From: Candidatus Bathyarchaeota archaeon | GTDB taxonomy: Archaea; Thermoproteota; Bathyarchaeia; 40CM-2-53-6; CAVXDP01 | Assembly (NCBI GenBank): GCA_963760485.1 | Contig: CAVXDP010000015.1 | Span: 50,193-114,192, forward strand | Direction of reading: 5' to 3' | DNA: 64,000 bases | Notes under the pieces: generated by a model | What the model saw: the letters and a program-made list of their open reading frames with translations, nothing else | Told to the model about the DNA's origin: nothing | Database searches by the model: none | In this document: positions 46,723-57,442 of the stretch, in pieces | How the letters are laid out: each line of letters begins with the position of its first letter | Numbering within the stretch: the first letter of the stretch is position 1 | Program-made: the position numbers and the translations under genes

Positions 46723-49085
46723 ATGAAGTCTCTTCTGTGGCTTCTCGACGTTGATCATGAAACAGTCGGCAATCTCTCAGAGATCAGGCTCTGGGGAATC
46801 GATAGTCACGGACGAAGGCTTGCACTCGTGGATCATAACTTTCGCTATTCTTTCTATCTTATCCCAGCCGACGAAATGAGCGTCGATGAACTGGCTGCAA
46901 AGATCAAAGGTGACAGTAATCGCTATCCGAGTTTGTTTGATGTTATCGTTGAGCAGGCCAGATTCTTCGGAAGGCCTGTCAAAGCTGCCAAGGTTCTATG
47001 TAATGATGCAAGGGTTATCTCCGATTACGCTGAATCGATGGCAAAGACATACGGTGTCAAAGATCATTTGGAGGACGACCTTAGACCATCTTACCGGTAC
47101 CTGCTCGACAACGATTTGGAACCCTGCAATTGGCATGAAGTCGAGTTAGGCGACGAGTTTCAAAGGCAAGAACTGAACGTTGACGGAGTCTATGAAGTGA
47201 AGAATCCCCCTACTAAAACTGAAAAACTTGCTACTCCTTCCCTGAGAGTACTCTCGTTTACAACGATTCGTTTTTCTGAGAAGGGAACTCCGAAGGCGAA
47301 CAAAGACCCTGTAGCCGTAATCTCAACTGCAACAAATGGAGGGGAGGTCAAGCAGTTCGTTGCAAGGGACCGCGATGACAGACAGATAATCGAGCTTTTC
47401 GTATCGTACGTTCAATCATACAACCCCGATCTAATCATCGGTTACGGTTCCAACAGCGTGGACTGGCCATACTTGATGGAAAGAGCGAAACTCCATAGAT
47501 TGAAACTCTCCATAGGTAGAACGGGAACAGAGCCTCATCGAAGTGTATATGCCCATATGTCAGTTACAGGCAGAGCCAACATTGACTTGGCTGATCTTGC
47601 GGAAGGAATGCTGGAGATCAAGGTAAAGACCGCCTGGAACTTTCTAGACTTTCTAGCCATTCCGGCAAAGAAAGACGTTAGACCTATTGACGATTTCGAC
47701 ATAGCGAAGCTCTTGCGTACTCCTAACGGGAGAAATGAACTACTGAGGTTCTCTGCAGAATGTGCATCAAGGATCCTTGAAGCTGCAAAGGCAACGATGG
47801 ATTTCACTGCACAACTTTCATCTTTCACAGGAATGCCGTTAGACTACGTGATAGCTGCACCGGTTGGCTTCAGAGTCGATTCATACCTTATGAGACAGGC
47901 GAAGAGACTGGGAGAATTGATTCCCAGAAGACTGGAGCAACCATACATTCCTTACCGTGGCGCGATTGTTCTTGAACCAAAACCCGGGATCCACGGAAAG
48001 ACGGCTGTTCTAGACTTCACAGCAATGTATCCAAACCTCATGATTCTCAACAATATCTCCCCAGACACATTGCTTCAGGGGCAACCCTCCGGCGTTGACT
48101 ACGTTACTATACCCGAAGTCGGATGCAGATTCAGGAAGGAGCCTGCTGGATTCTACAAGACGGTACTTTCTAACCTGATCTCTATGCGTGAAGACGTCAA
48201 AAGGAAGTTGATGAAGCTCGAACCTGGCACTCCGGAGTACGGGGTTTTGAAAGAACGAGAGAAGGCTGTAAAAGTGATCACCAACGCGACGTATGGCTAT
48301 GCCGGATGGGTTGGTGCAAGATGGTATGTTAGAGAAGTGGCTGAATCTACGGCGGCCTTGGGAAGGGCAACCCTATTGAAAGTTATCGAGATGACGCGGG
48401 CTCTTGGACTTGAGATAGTCTACGGTGACACTGACAGTATCTTCGTTAGATACAAATCTGAAAAGGTTGAGGCACTGATTTCGAAGATCAAACAAGATCT
48501 GAGTATGGATGTCAAGATTGACAAGACATATGATTGTGTTATCTTCACTGAAGCCAAGAAGCGATATGCGGGCTGCTTCCAGATGGAAAACTGGACGTCG
48601 TCGGTATGGAAGCCGTGAGAGGAGACTGGGCTGACATTGCGAAAATAGTACAGGAAAACATTCTGGAACTTGTTCTCAAAGACAATAACGAACGAAGAGC
48701 TCTAGAATACCTCAGGAACATTGTCTCCAAAGTCAGAGCCAGAAATCTACCACTGCAGGAATTCATAATATGGAAGACGTTGACGAAGCCTGTTGAAGAA
48801 TACGGCACTCGATCAGCTCACGTAGAAGTTGCCAAGAAACTCAAGCAGGAAGGTTGGGATCTCGCACCAGGAGATAAGGTTGGATTCGTAATAACGAATA
48901 GAGCCGGAAAACTGTTCGAGAAAGCTCAACCATACCAATCGTTAACAGTTGATGACGTTGACCTAGAATACTATGTGAACAGCCAGATTATTCCAGCTCC
49001 CATGCGAGTCTTTAGTGTCCTAAATGTGACCGAAGCCCAGCTCAACCTAGGTAATAGGGCTCCGTCCTTGGGAGATTTCGCATAG
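46723..49085 (+). CDS. polB: family B DNA polymerase (PolB3-like), frameshifted at about 48571
   Basis: LDFTAMYP, K...NATYGY, YGDTDS, KKRYAG. Adding one G gives AGLLPDGKLDVVGMEAVRGDW. Confidence 0.92.
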
Positions 49086-49132
49086 AAGAAATAATCATTG
49101 GTCTCTTAGGTGCACTAGCGTCGCAGCGCTTG

Positions 49133-50296
49133 TCATCTGCCGATTATGTCAGCCATTGTCAAGATCTTGAGGTTGACTGGACGTTTTACAACTTCAGAAA
49201 CGCGGTCTCCAATCAACAGCTTGAGGTTTCTTTCTTCGGCTAGGTCCAGTAACCGCTGAGTTACCACTCCATCGAACAAGAGAGTGTGAGCTCCCTCCAT
49301 CTTTGATAGTCTGTCGGTGAGTTCTCCGACCGGAACTCTTGAGATCTCTTTAGCGTTTTCATCGAATGCGATGGCTTCGAGAGTGCCACGTAATTGGCGT
49401 GCAGCCTCGGTTATGTTGCTGGGGACGGTCACAGCTGGAGTCGGGGGCATTCCGGGAGCTGCCTTTTCGGCTTTCAACTGATCTATCGACACTTTCTCTC
49501 TAAGGCTCTTCATGATCTCTTTCGGAGTGAGCTCTTCGACTTCTCTGTTTTGTGGGGCCCTAGCAACATAGTCAAGTTTCATTACCTGCATGAGCTCTTT
49601 GAGAATCAAATCTCCGCCTCGGTCACCATCTAGAAAAGCAGTGACCTCTCTATTCTTGGACATTTCTATGATTGTCTGTGGGACACTGGTTCCTTCAAGT
49701 GCGATTGTATTCTTTATTCCACATTTGAGGAGGGCAATAATATCCGCCCTTCCTTCCACGAGTATTATTGAATTGCTTCCCTGAACCTCCGGTCCTGCCG
49801 GAAGCAAATCCGGTCCTATTGCGACCACTTCACCAGATCTGACCGATTCGGAGACTTCCTTAACAACCTCATCGGTACTCGGGCTGGCCTCGATTACCCA
49901 CTTCTTCAAAATGTCTTTGGCTTTGCCCATGATCACTTTTCTTTTGTCTTCTCGAACATCGCCAACACGCTCGAGGCTGATCTTCGACTCGCATGGACCA
50001 ATCCTGTCTACGCTCTCGATGGCTGCAGCGATAATGGCCGTAGATGCTTTGTCAAGGCTCGAAGGAATAGTGATAGTTCCGAAAGTCTTGTCTTGCTTCG
50101 ACTCGAGCTGTATTTCTATTCGGCCTATCCTGCCGCTTTTCTGAAGTTCTCTCAGGTCTAAGTCTGGACCAAAGAGGCCCTCCGTCTGCCCGAAAATTGC
50201 ACCTATTACATCTGGCTTTTCTACGACACCTTCAACGGTAAATCTCGCTTCAACAACATACTTTGCAGTAGAAGCATACTTCTCTTCGTTTCCCAT
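49133..50296 (-). CDS. dnaG: archaeal DnaG (Toprim, exosome-associated)
   Basis: GVVEKPDVIGAIFGQTEGL, VEGRAD, FLDGDRGG. Confidence 0.96.
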   Translation of the reverse strand: MGNEEKYASTAKYVVEARFTVEGVVEKPDVIGAIFGQTEGLFGPDLDLRELQKSGRIGRIEIQLESKQDKTFGTITIPSSLDKASTAIIAAAIESVDRIGPCESKISLERVGDVREDKRKVIMGKAKDILKKWVIEASPSTDEVVKEVSESVRSGEVVAIGPDLLPAGPEVQGSNSIILVEGRADIIALLKCGIKNTIALEGTSVPQTIIEMSKNREVTAFLDGDRGGDLILKELMQVMKLDYVARAPQNREVEELTPKEIMKSLREKVSIDQLKAEKAAPGMPPTPAVTVPSNITEAARQLRGTLEAIAFDENAKEISRVPVGELTDRLSKMEGAHTLLFDGVVTQRLLDLAEERNLKLLIGDRVSEVVKRPVNLKILTMADIIGR

Positions 50297-50481
50297 AAGT
50301 AGTAAACCTCCTGATTCAATTTGCTCAAACTCCTAGTCTCGAGATTTCAGGTTCCCCTAGGAGTTCCACCAAAGAAACCCGTCAACTCTGTAAACTAGGT
50401 GATCTTGAATGACCGGTTTTGTTATCACGCGCTTTTAAGTATTTGGCCTACAAGCATTTCCCAGTAATTTGAAGGTAGGGT

Positions 50482-50889
50482 CTAGAAAGAAACTCTCTCC
50501 CTCAGTTTTTCCACGAAGTCAGCGAGTTCTTCCACGCTTCTTATCTCTGAACGTCCTAGGCTTCTAAACTGTCTCCATAACGAGTCATCTGCTTTAACTC
50601 GGATTCTTGTAAGTTCTCTAACGAGCTGTGAAGATAATTCCTTTCCTTCCCGGTCAAAATCCGTGAGTATTATCGCTTCTCGAGATGGGTTCACTTTTTC
50701 AATGAAATCGAAGAATCCTACGCCGGATGACTTTACGCACAGTATTATGCCCTCGACGCCAAGGCGCCTCAGAGAAAGTTCGTCCTTTTTTCCTTCTACT
50801 ATTATTGGGGTTCCGAGCTTGGATCTAGTCACTAGTATTCGAGTAAGCCTGTCGATTCTTTCGTATCTCCTCTGATAAGAAGATAGCAA
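50482..50889 (-). CDS. small Toprim-domain protein
   Basis: IIVEGKKD...L..LG, ILTDFDREG. Confidence 0.88.
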   Translation of the reverse strand: MLSSYQRRYERIDRLTRILVTRSKLGTPIIVEGKKDELSLRRLGVEGIILCVKSSGVGFFDFIEKVNPSREAIILTDFDREGKELSSQLVRELTRIRVKADDSLWRQFRSLGRSEIRSVEELADFVEKLRERVSF

Positions 50890-50894
50890 AGTGC

Positions 50895-52006
50895 TTATCT
50901 CGTAACTTCGATCTGCATCATCTTTTTCAATGTATCAGGGTTTTTGTCGAAATGTTCCCTTACTCCAATCAGGATTTTCGAGAGGGCATCACCAACACTG
51001 TTTTTCATGTCAAGTGGATGGATCTGGCCTTTTACGTATGTAGATTCGAGTAACTCGTAGCTGTCAAAAGTCAGAGGGCCGCCGTACTTTGAAGGCCTTA
51101 CGATCTCAAGTCTGCCAGCAAGCGGGAAGATCGCGTACTTGGCCATCTCCAGTACGGGATTGGATTTGACATCTTTCGCTGGACAGAATGCGTTGCCAAT
51201 TTTCTTCTTGATCTGCTCAGGCGTATCATTCACGAATATGCATTTTTCAGGGATACTCTTGGACATCTTGGATTTGATCTCAGTATCCGTCTCCACGTTC
51301 TCGTCGAATTTTCCCTGATTCTTCTGTTCCGGTTCCGATAACCCCATCAGAAGGTGAGTGTGAACGCAGGTTGGTTTCTTCATGCCCACCTTGTCGGCTG
51401 AATCTCTCGCCAACATGTGTGCCTTTCTTTGGTCTATGCCGCCGCATGCAACATCAAGTTTCAGCTGAAAGATGTCTGTCGCTTGCATACATGGATAGAA
51501 GATGCTCGCAGACTCCATATCGCTGGCATCCATTGATCTACCCATTATCGGAAGTGCGCGACATACCCTCTGGACAGACGCACCTTTGCCTATTCTAATC
51601 ACTTTCTCCCAATACGATATGTCACGAGCAAGCTCTGACGCCCAGACGTAGTTTACTCGGTCTCTTCCAATCCCTAGGCCTTCGAAACAGTGTTTGAAGT
51701 ACTCTCCGCACAGCCTAATGTTGTCCATATTGCCTCCGAGTTTGTTGTTGATCCAAGAGTGCCAATCTGCCAAGAAGATCGTGAAGTCGAAGCCGGCGTC
51801 TAGCATTTCTTTGATCTTGCTTCCGCAGATCAACCCCATACCGATGTGCATCATTCTGGATGAGCTTTAGCTCATTGTCCAGAGCACTCGAAGCCCCAGT
51901 AGGCTCTCGGTCTGGAGGTTGTCTCAAGTACAGATCTAAGTTCCTCTTGAGTTACTACCTCGTCACTATTATGAACAACGAGGGCAATTCTCTCTTCCAA
52001 GTCCAT
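50895..52006 (-). CDS. tyrS: tyrosine--tRNA ligase interrupted by a 23-nt intron (362 aa spliced)
   Basis: Exon 1 52006-51877, exon 2 51853-50895; spliced YWGFECSGLMHIG, YPCMQ..D, GGIDQRKAH, KMSKS. Confidence 0.93.
51854..51876 (-). other. BHB-type intron in tyrS mRNA
   Basis: CTGG-ACA-ATGAGC-TAAA-GCTCAT-CCAG-AAT. Cleavage after the 2nd nt of each 3-nt bulge removes 23 nt and restores frame and motif. Confidence 0.85.
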
Positions 52007-52242
52007 CTTGTTCACGTTGAGTTGATCGAAATCTGCTATCCAAGACTTAAGAGTTTTCCATCGCAGACCGAGGAGAGTAGGCCAAGTATTCTGTTGAGGA
52101 TTCGGCATTGTAGCCTACAACACTAACACCCAACCTCATTGAAAGTGGCGTTGCCACACTAGGCTGGGCTCTCTCGGAGGTAGGCTCTTTCTGCCGCCTA
52201 AACAACGTACTTGGGATAACCTTCTGAATCTCGAATTAATCT

Positions 52243-53941
52243 TTATGCTTTCGATTTCGTCGAGTACAGTATTCGCAAGTCAAGCTCGAAAGCGGAAACA
52301 GGTACTTCCAACTTCCATGCCTCTAGGACCATAGGATGCAATTCTCCAACTACACCTATGCCTGTTCCATTGAGGATGATGCTCCCAACTCTTCCTTCTA
52401 TGAAGCTCGGGTGATCTGTTTCTCTGATCTGACAGTCTAATCCCAGATTTGAAAGAAATGAGTTCAGTACTGATGCGATCAGAGAGAAACTTGTATCAGT
52501 GGCGGCGTCGACGCACGCAAGTTTGAGGTGATCTGCAGCGAAGTTCTCAAGGTTCCGGTTCGGTTCAACACAGTAGCCGACCTCGAAGATCCTTTGAGGA
52601 TACTCGACATGTGTATTGTAGCTCAGGAATTCCATAAGGCTCGGGAGCAACCACTTTCGGATACATGTGTGTGTAATCATGCGCGGGTTATAGAGTTCAA
52701 CAACGTCATTTCTCGTCATGTTCATTCTTGCAAAGATCTTTTCTGGGTTTGTTAGATCGTATGTCAACACTTCTTGATATCCAAATCCGATCATTAGTTC
52801 CCTAGTGATGTCCGAGATCTCAGTGTCTTGGGATACGGCTCGCTGGCGTGGCTTGTTCGGGCCACGCAGGTTTGATCTTGTTGTAGTCATAAGCGATCGC
52901 CACGTCTTCGACCACATCGATTGGATGCATTATGTCTAGGCGATAACACGGAATCGTCACATCCAGGGTCTCTCCCGTACCCATAGCTACGCCGTAACGT
53001 GCATTTTCGAGCAGATCTATGGCCTGTTCCTTAGATAGTTTCATTCCAAGAATTTTGTTCAAGTAGTCCATGGGCAATGAGATCTTGCTATTTCTGATTA
53101 CAGGAGTCACAACATTCCTTTTCTCACCGTACGGGTAGTTCACGATGCTTGAGTGGATTGTTCCGCCTCTGTCAGCTAGAGACGTTGCTAGGACGGTCAA
53201 CGTGTCGAGAACTGTCTTCTCAACGGTGCCAGTGACTTCTATCAGCACATTCTTTGTTTCACTTGTGACTTTTCCGAGATCGTTTGAGTTTATGACTGGA
53301 GGAAAAGATAGGACTTTACCTCGGGAATCTTTCAATATCGGCCATAGATCATGTGCTTTCACAATGTTCCCGTATTCCAGGCCTTTCGGATGTCTCTCAA
53401 GTATCTCTCTTAACGTCAAGCTTTCATCGAATCCAAGAGGAATGAACGAAGTCTCATCTGGTTTTGAAACTCCGTAGGATAATGGAGGCTGGACAAGATC
53501 CAACACGTAGAGGCCTATTGACGTCCTTTTTCTCTTACGACCGTATGTTTCGTCCAGTTTGTCTTGAAGATGCATAAGTCCCTTGATTATCACGTCACTC
53601 AAGAAAACGTTCTTGACAACGACGCACCCTATATACGGACGTATGTTCTCCAAGTGTCTGTCTACATTGATCACTACACCTGAAGGAGATGCCAACCAGT
53701 AATTCTTTAGACCCTTCTCGATCGCCAGGAAACCTTTGACTGCTCGTGCGATTCCTTCGGCACTCCACAGATCAGGATGGTTACTGTCCTTGATTTCGAT
53801 GCTAAGATCGTTTCCAAGAAACTGTTTTACTTCGCCCTTCACGTAGGCGAAGATCTCGTTCAACTCTTCGATTGATTTTGGCAGTTCTCTTCCTACTAGT
53901 GATTGCAGATCTGTGAAGTCGACTTCTATGGTTGGCATCAC
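52243..53941 (-). CDS. pheT: phenylalanine--tRNA ligase beta subunit (frameshifted at about 52842)
   Basis: MPTI, PDLWS.EG.AR, SFPPVINS, YRLDIMH..D..ED.AI.Y, YPQRIFEVG, GELHP. Confidence 0.93.
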
Positions 53942-55452
53942 TTTACCTCCTTGCGTCTGATCCAGTTCAAGTCTTGAGTGAACAGGTCGCGTATGTCGTC
54001 GATTTGGTTCCTCATCATGAAGAGTCTATCAACACCTATGCCCCATGCCAATACTGGTACTTTGATTCCCAGGGGAAGTGTCAGTTCTGGTCTGAATATT
54101 CCTGATCCGCCAAACTCTAGCCAACCGTATCCTTCTTTGTAGGCGGATAACTCTACACTTGGTTCTGTAAAGGGGAAGTAGTCAGGTCGAAACTTGACCT
54201 TGTCAGCTCCCGCAATCTCGATGGCGAACTTTTCGAGAATGCCCAGAAGGTTGCAAAGAGTCAGATCCTCACCAACCACTATTCCCTCGACCTGATTAAA
54301 TTCTGTCAAATGCGTTCTATCGGTCACTTCGGGTCTGAAGCATCGCGCGATCGAAAAATACTTGCCTGGAATCTGAAGGTTCTTACTTATCAGAGTTCTC
54401 GCGCTCATTGCGGTTCCATGGCTTCTGAGAACCAAGCGCCCTGATTCTTTCTCTGAGAATCTATAGTTCCATCCAGTTGAGCCAGTCTTCCAACCGTTTT
54501 CATGTGCTTCTTTAACGTTTTTCAAGTAGTCTCGATATTTGTTTAAGTCTCCATACTCTGGGTCCTTGACGAAGTATATGTCATGAATCTCTCGGGCAGG
54601 ATGATCTTGAGGCATAAACAGAATGTCACAGTTGAAAAACATCATTTCAACAATGGGACCCGTCATTTCTTGGAAACCTAACGTGACTAGCTTCATTCGC
54701 AGCTCGTCTAGAAACCTGTTGTACGGCTGTTTTTTTCCTGGCCAGACCTCGGCAACAGGAGCCGTTATGTTATATCTTCTTAGTTTAGCTTCTCGCCACT
54801 TTCCACTCGTTATGAGTTCAGGTGTCAGAGCACTTACTTCAGGTACGACTTGGACTCCTTTTTCAATCCTCTTCCAACCATCAGTTGTCAGTTGAACCCG
54901 TCTGTCGTTTCGTCTACTCTCATCGAGGAGTCTCCTTTTCTTAAGTTCAAGAGCAACAGCTTGATCTTCACGTGGCAACTCTTCCAGAACCATTTCCTTC
55001 TCGTCTTGTATCTGACGCAACAATCCAGTAGCTGAATCTACAGGTTTTCTATCCACTTTGAGATGCAGTTCTTGGCCAATCTTTTCAACTTCTCCAAGTT
55101 TCTTCCTTTGAATCCATCCGACAACTATAGGAACAATTGTATCAGGCAAGTTGAGTCTCTGAAATGCTTCTCGGATCGAAACCTTGCCCCCCGTCTCAAA
55201 GGCAAGGTTGGCAACTCTCATCTCTGGGAGGCCTAGCTCAGCATAGTTTCTTCCTTCATCTGACAATCTCAGTACGTGAACAGGTTTCTCATCCAGTATC
55301 AGGAAGGCCTGCCCTGACAAAGATAATATGGCTCTGGTTACTGCCGATTCATCAAGATTAGCAGATCTGATAAGTTCATCCACGTTTGCGCTTCCTTTCA
55401 TTTGACTCAATGTCAGTAGTGTTCTTGCCTCATTCTCTCTGAGTTCAGCCAA
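53938..55452 (-). CDS. pheS: phenylalanine--tRNA ligase alpha subunit
   Basis: PQDHPARE, EFNQVEG, YFPFTEPS, GSGIFRPE, AWGIGVDRL. Confidence 0.97.
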   Translation of the reverse strand: MAELRENEARTLLTLSQMKGSANVDELIRSANLDESAVTRAILSLSGQAFLILDEKPVHVLRLSDEGRNYAELGLPEMRVANLAFETGGKVSIREAFQRLNLPDTIVPIVVGWIQRKKLGEVEKIGQELHLKVDRKPVDSATGLLRQIQDEKEMVLEELPREDQAVALELKKRRLLDESRRNDRRVQLTTDGWKRIEKGVQVVPEVSALTPELITSGKWREAKLRRYNITAPVAEVWPGKKQPYNRFLDELRMKLVTLGFQEMTGPIVEMMFFNCDILFMPQDHPAREIHDIYFVKDPEYGDLNKYRDYLKNVKEAHENGWKTGSTGWNYRFSEKESGRLVLRSHGTAMSARTLISKNLQIPGKYFSIARCFRPEVTDRTHLTEFNQVEGIVVGEDLTLCNLLGILEKFAIEIAGADKVKFRPDYFPFTEPSVELSAYKEGYGWLEFGGSGIFRPELTLPLGIKVPVLAWGIGVDRLFMMRNQIDDIRDLFTQDLNWIRRKEVK

Positions 55453-55615
55453 TCATGCCGCCATCCATATATGTGAAATGCGCTATCCCTTAGAGAAGGA
55501 CTATATTTAATCAAAATTGCGCTTTGGTTATGCCCAGCTTGCTTGAGTCAAAATGACGAATGAACAAGTACAACAATAACTAAAACTAACGTAACTCACT
55601 AAGCTTAGATGAGGT

Positions 55616-56308
55616 TTGATACCGATGCCGCAGGGATGGAAAAAAGACCCGTTTACTTGGCTTTTCAAGCGACGAAAGATTCCAAAGGAAATACGTCAGA
55701 TCATAGATACCATTTGCATCATAGATGCTGCGCGGGTGGGGCGCTTCAAGAGGCTGAAGGAACTCAAAGGATTCGTCGATGATGGCGAATTAGGCAAGAG
55801 TACAGGTTTCACTTGGAAGTCGGTTCGAGGAGACATCAGTACGATTCTTGATCTTCCTAAGAAAGATCCTTCCATAGCCCGTTACGCTAGCATGATTCCT
55901 TCACTGAGTATAATGATACTCGTTGGCTTCTTTGCAATCGTGATTCTGTTCACCCTTCGAATATATGCCCAATTTGATATCCGGAAATATGCACCAATCG
56001 GATTCAGTGATGCTGTTTTGGCGATACTAATTGTAATAGGTGGCTTGCTCGTCCTGAGGTGGTACATGGATGAGAAGATCGGTGAGTTCTATCATGCCAA
56101 CCCAACAAAGGGCCAAAGACTTGCCCGCTTCAATCAGGCGCTCATAGACCATCTGATCGAGAAGCTTAGACACAGCAAGACTCCTGTAGATTTTCAAATT
56201 AGAATCTACAATACAGACTACAAAAGCATTCTTATCTCGAAGAAGCCGAACCTAATCAGAGACTGGTACGTTGCTAAGGTTGACTTGAAGGACTTGAAGA
56301 AGAGCTGA
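55616..56308 (+). CDS. hypothetical 2-TM membrane protein
   Basis: Two hydrophobic segments; basic N- and C-terminal domains. Confidence 0.65.
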   Translation: MIPMPQGWKKDPFTWLFKRRKIPKEIRQIIDTICIIDAARVGRFKRLKELKGFVDDGELGKSTGFTWKSVRGDISTILDLPKKDPSIARYASMIPSLSIMILVGFFAIVILFTLRIYAQFDIRKYAPIGFSDAVLAILIVIGGLLVLRWYMDEKIGEFYHANPTKGQRLARFNQALIDHLIEKLRHSKTPVDFQIRIYNTDYKSILISKKPNLIRDWYVAKVDLKDLKKS

Positions 56309-56313
56309 AGGTT

Positions 56314-57156
56314 TCAGATCTTCTGGTCCCCGTATCCACTGAGGCCTCCTTCAGTCTGGTCACGACTTACCTCTTCTATGCCGTCCCTGTACCATTTCCT
56401 GCTCGTGCCAACCTTGGCTCTCATCCTCCAGCCCATTGATTTCGGTTCATTCTCGACTCTTTCCAAAAGCTGGTTGATCTTCCCTGTGATATTTGATCGA
56501 TCCTCTTCTTTGAGAGCGGGGTAACTAGGAATGAACTCGTCTCTCACCCTTTTCAAGTTCGTGGTACCTGTGTAGTAGAATCCCCAGTCTTCCGAAAACA
56601 GCTTTGCAATTCGGTCTGCATTGATGACTTCTTTGTCTGAATTTCCCACTTCGTGTTCTCTGATCAGCATTATGACGTCGATTATGTCTTTCTCATTGAT
56701 CTTCACTATCTGAAGTTTCTCCAATAGAAGCTCAGCTAATGGTAAGGTTGGATAGTCAGCTTCGAGTCTTCCTTGAAAGGGAATGTCATGGCAAAACTCG
56801 AGTTTGTCGAAGAAGATGTCGCTGTGCAAGTCCTCGTTCTTCGGATCGAAGAAGATTAGGCGAGACGCGACAGCCATCATGTAGGCTGCTGGTTCTTTCC
56901 ATTGAAGATCCTTCTTGAAGATCTCTCTGATCTGTTTCCATTGTTTCCTGTACGCGACGAAATCAATATCTGTCAGCTTTCGCTTCAGAGTATCATGCAA
57001 ATGTCGATAGTTCGGGCAGTGAATCACAAATGCTGTAGCTCCAAGAACTCTCATTGTGATTCCTTTGTCTTGTGCCGTCTTCACTATTGAAGTAGCCTTA
57101 TCAATCATTTCTTGTCTATCGAGTTCCAAAAGCTGCTCACCGACGCGAATGCTCAA
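56314..57156 (-). CDS. Pol-beta superfamily nucleotidyltransferase-like protein
   Basis: RVLGATAF..H, R.LTDIDF, DIF...L.FCH, L.LEKLQIV.INEKD..D. Confidence 0.7.
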   Translation of the reverse strand: MSIRVGEQLLELDRQEMIDKATSIVKTAQDKGITMRVLGATAFVIHCPNYRHLHDTLKRKLTDIDFVAYRKQWKQIREIFKKDLQWKEPAAYMMAVASRLIFFDPKNEDLHSDIFFDKLEFCHDIPFQGRLEADYPTLPLAELLLEKLQIVKINEKDIIDVIMLIREHEVGNSDKEVINADRIAKLFSEDWGFYYTGTTNLKRVRDEFIPSYPALKEEDRSNITGKINQLLERVENEPKSMGWRMRAKVGTSRKWYRDGIEEVSRDQTEGGLSGYGDQKI

Positions 57157-57442
57157 AAATGAACTCTAGCTTATAACATTGCTGTCAGAGAAACCGTTCC
57201 TTGAGCATTTCTAGGAGGGTTCAACAAATAGAAAAATACTATCAAAAAATTGTCTCGTGACAAAGAAAAAGGGGGGAGTGAGTTTGTTTGACTCACTTTC
57301 CAATGAATACTTCGACTATGCCGTAGAAGACAGCGAGCATGGCTATGCAGATGATTATCGAAGCACTTAACCAATTGAGTTTCATTCTTAATCACTTCCC
57401 ATGACGATCTCTCGGTGACAAAATAGGGGAGGTGTGGACAAC

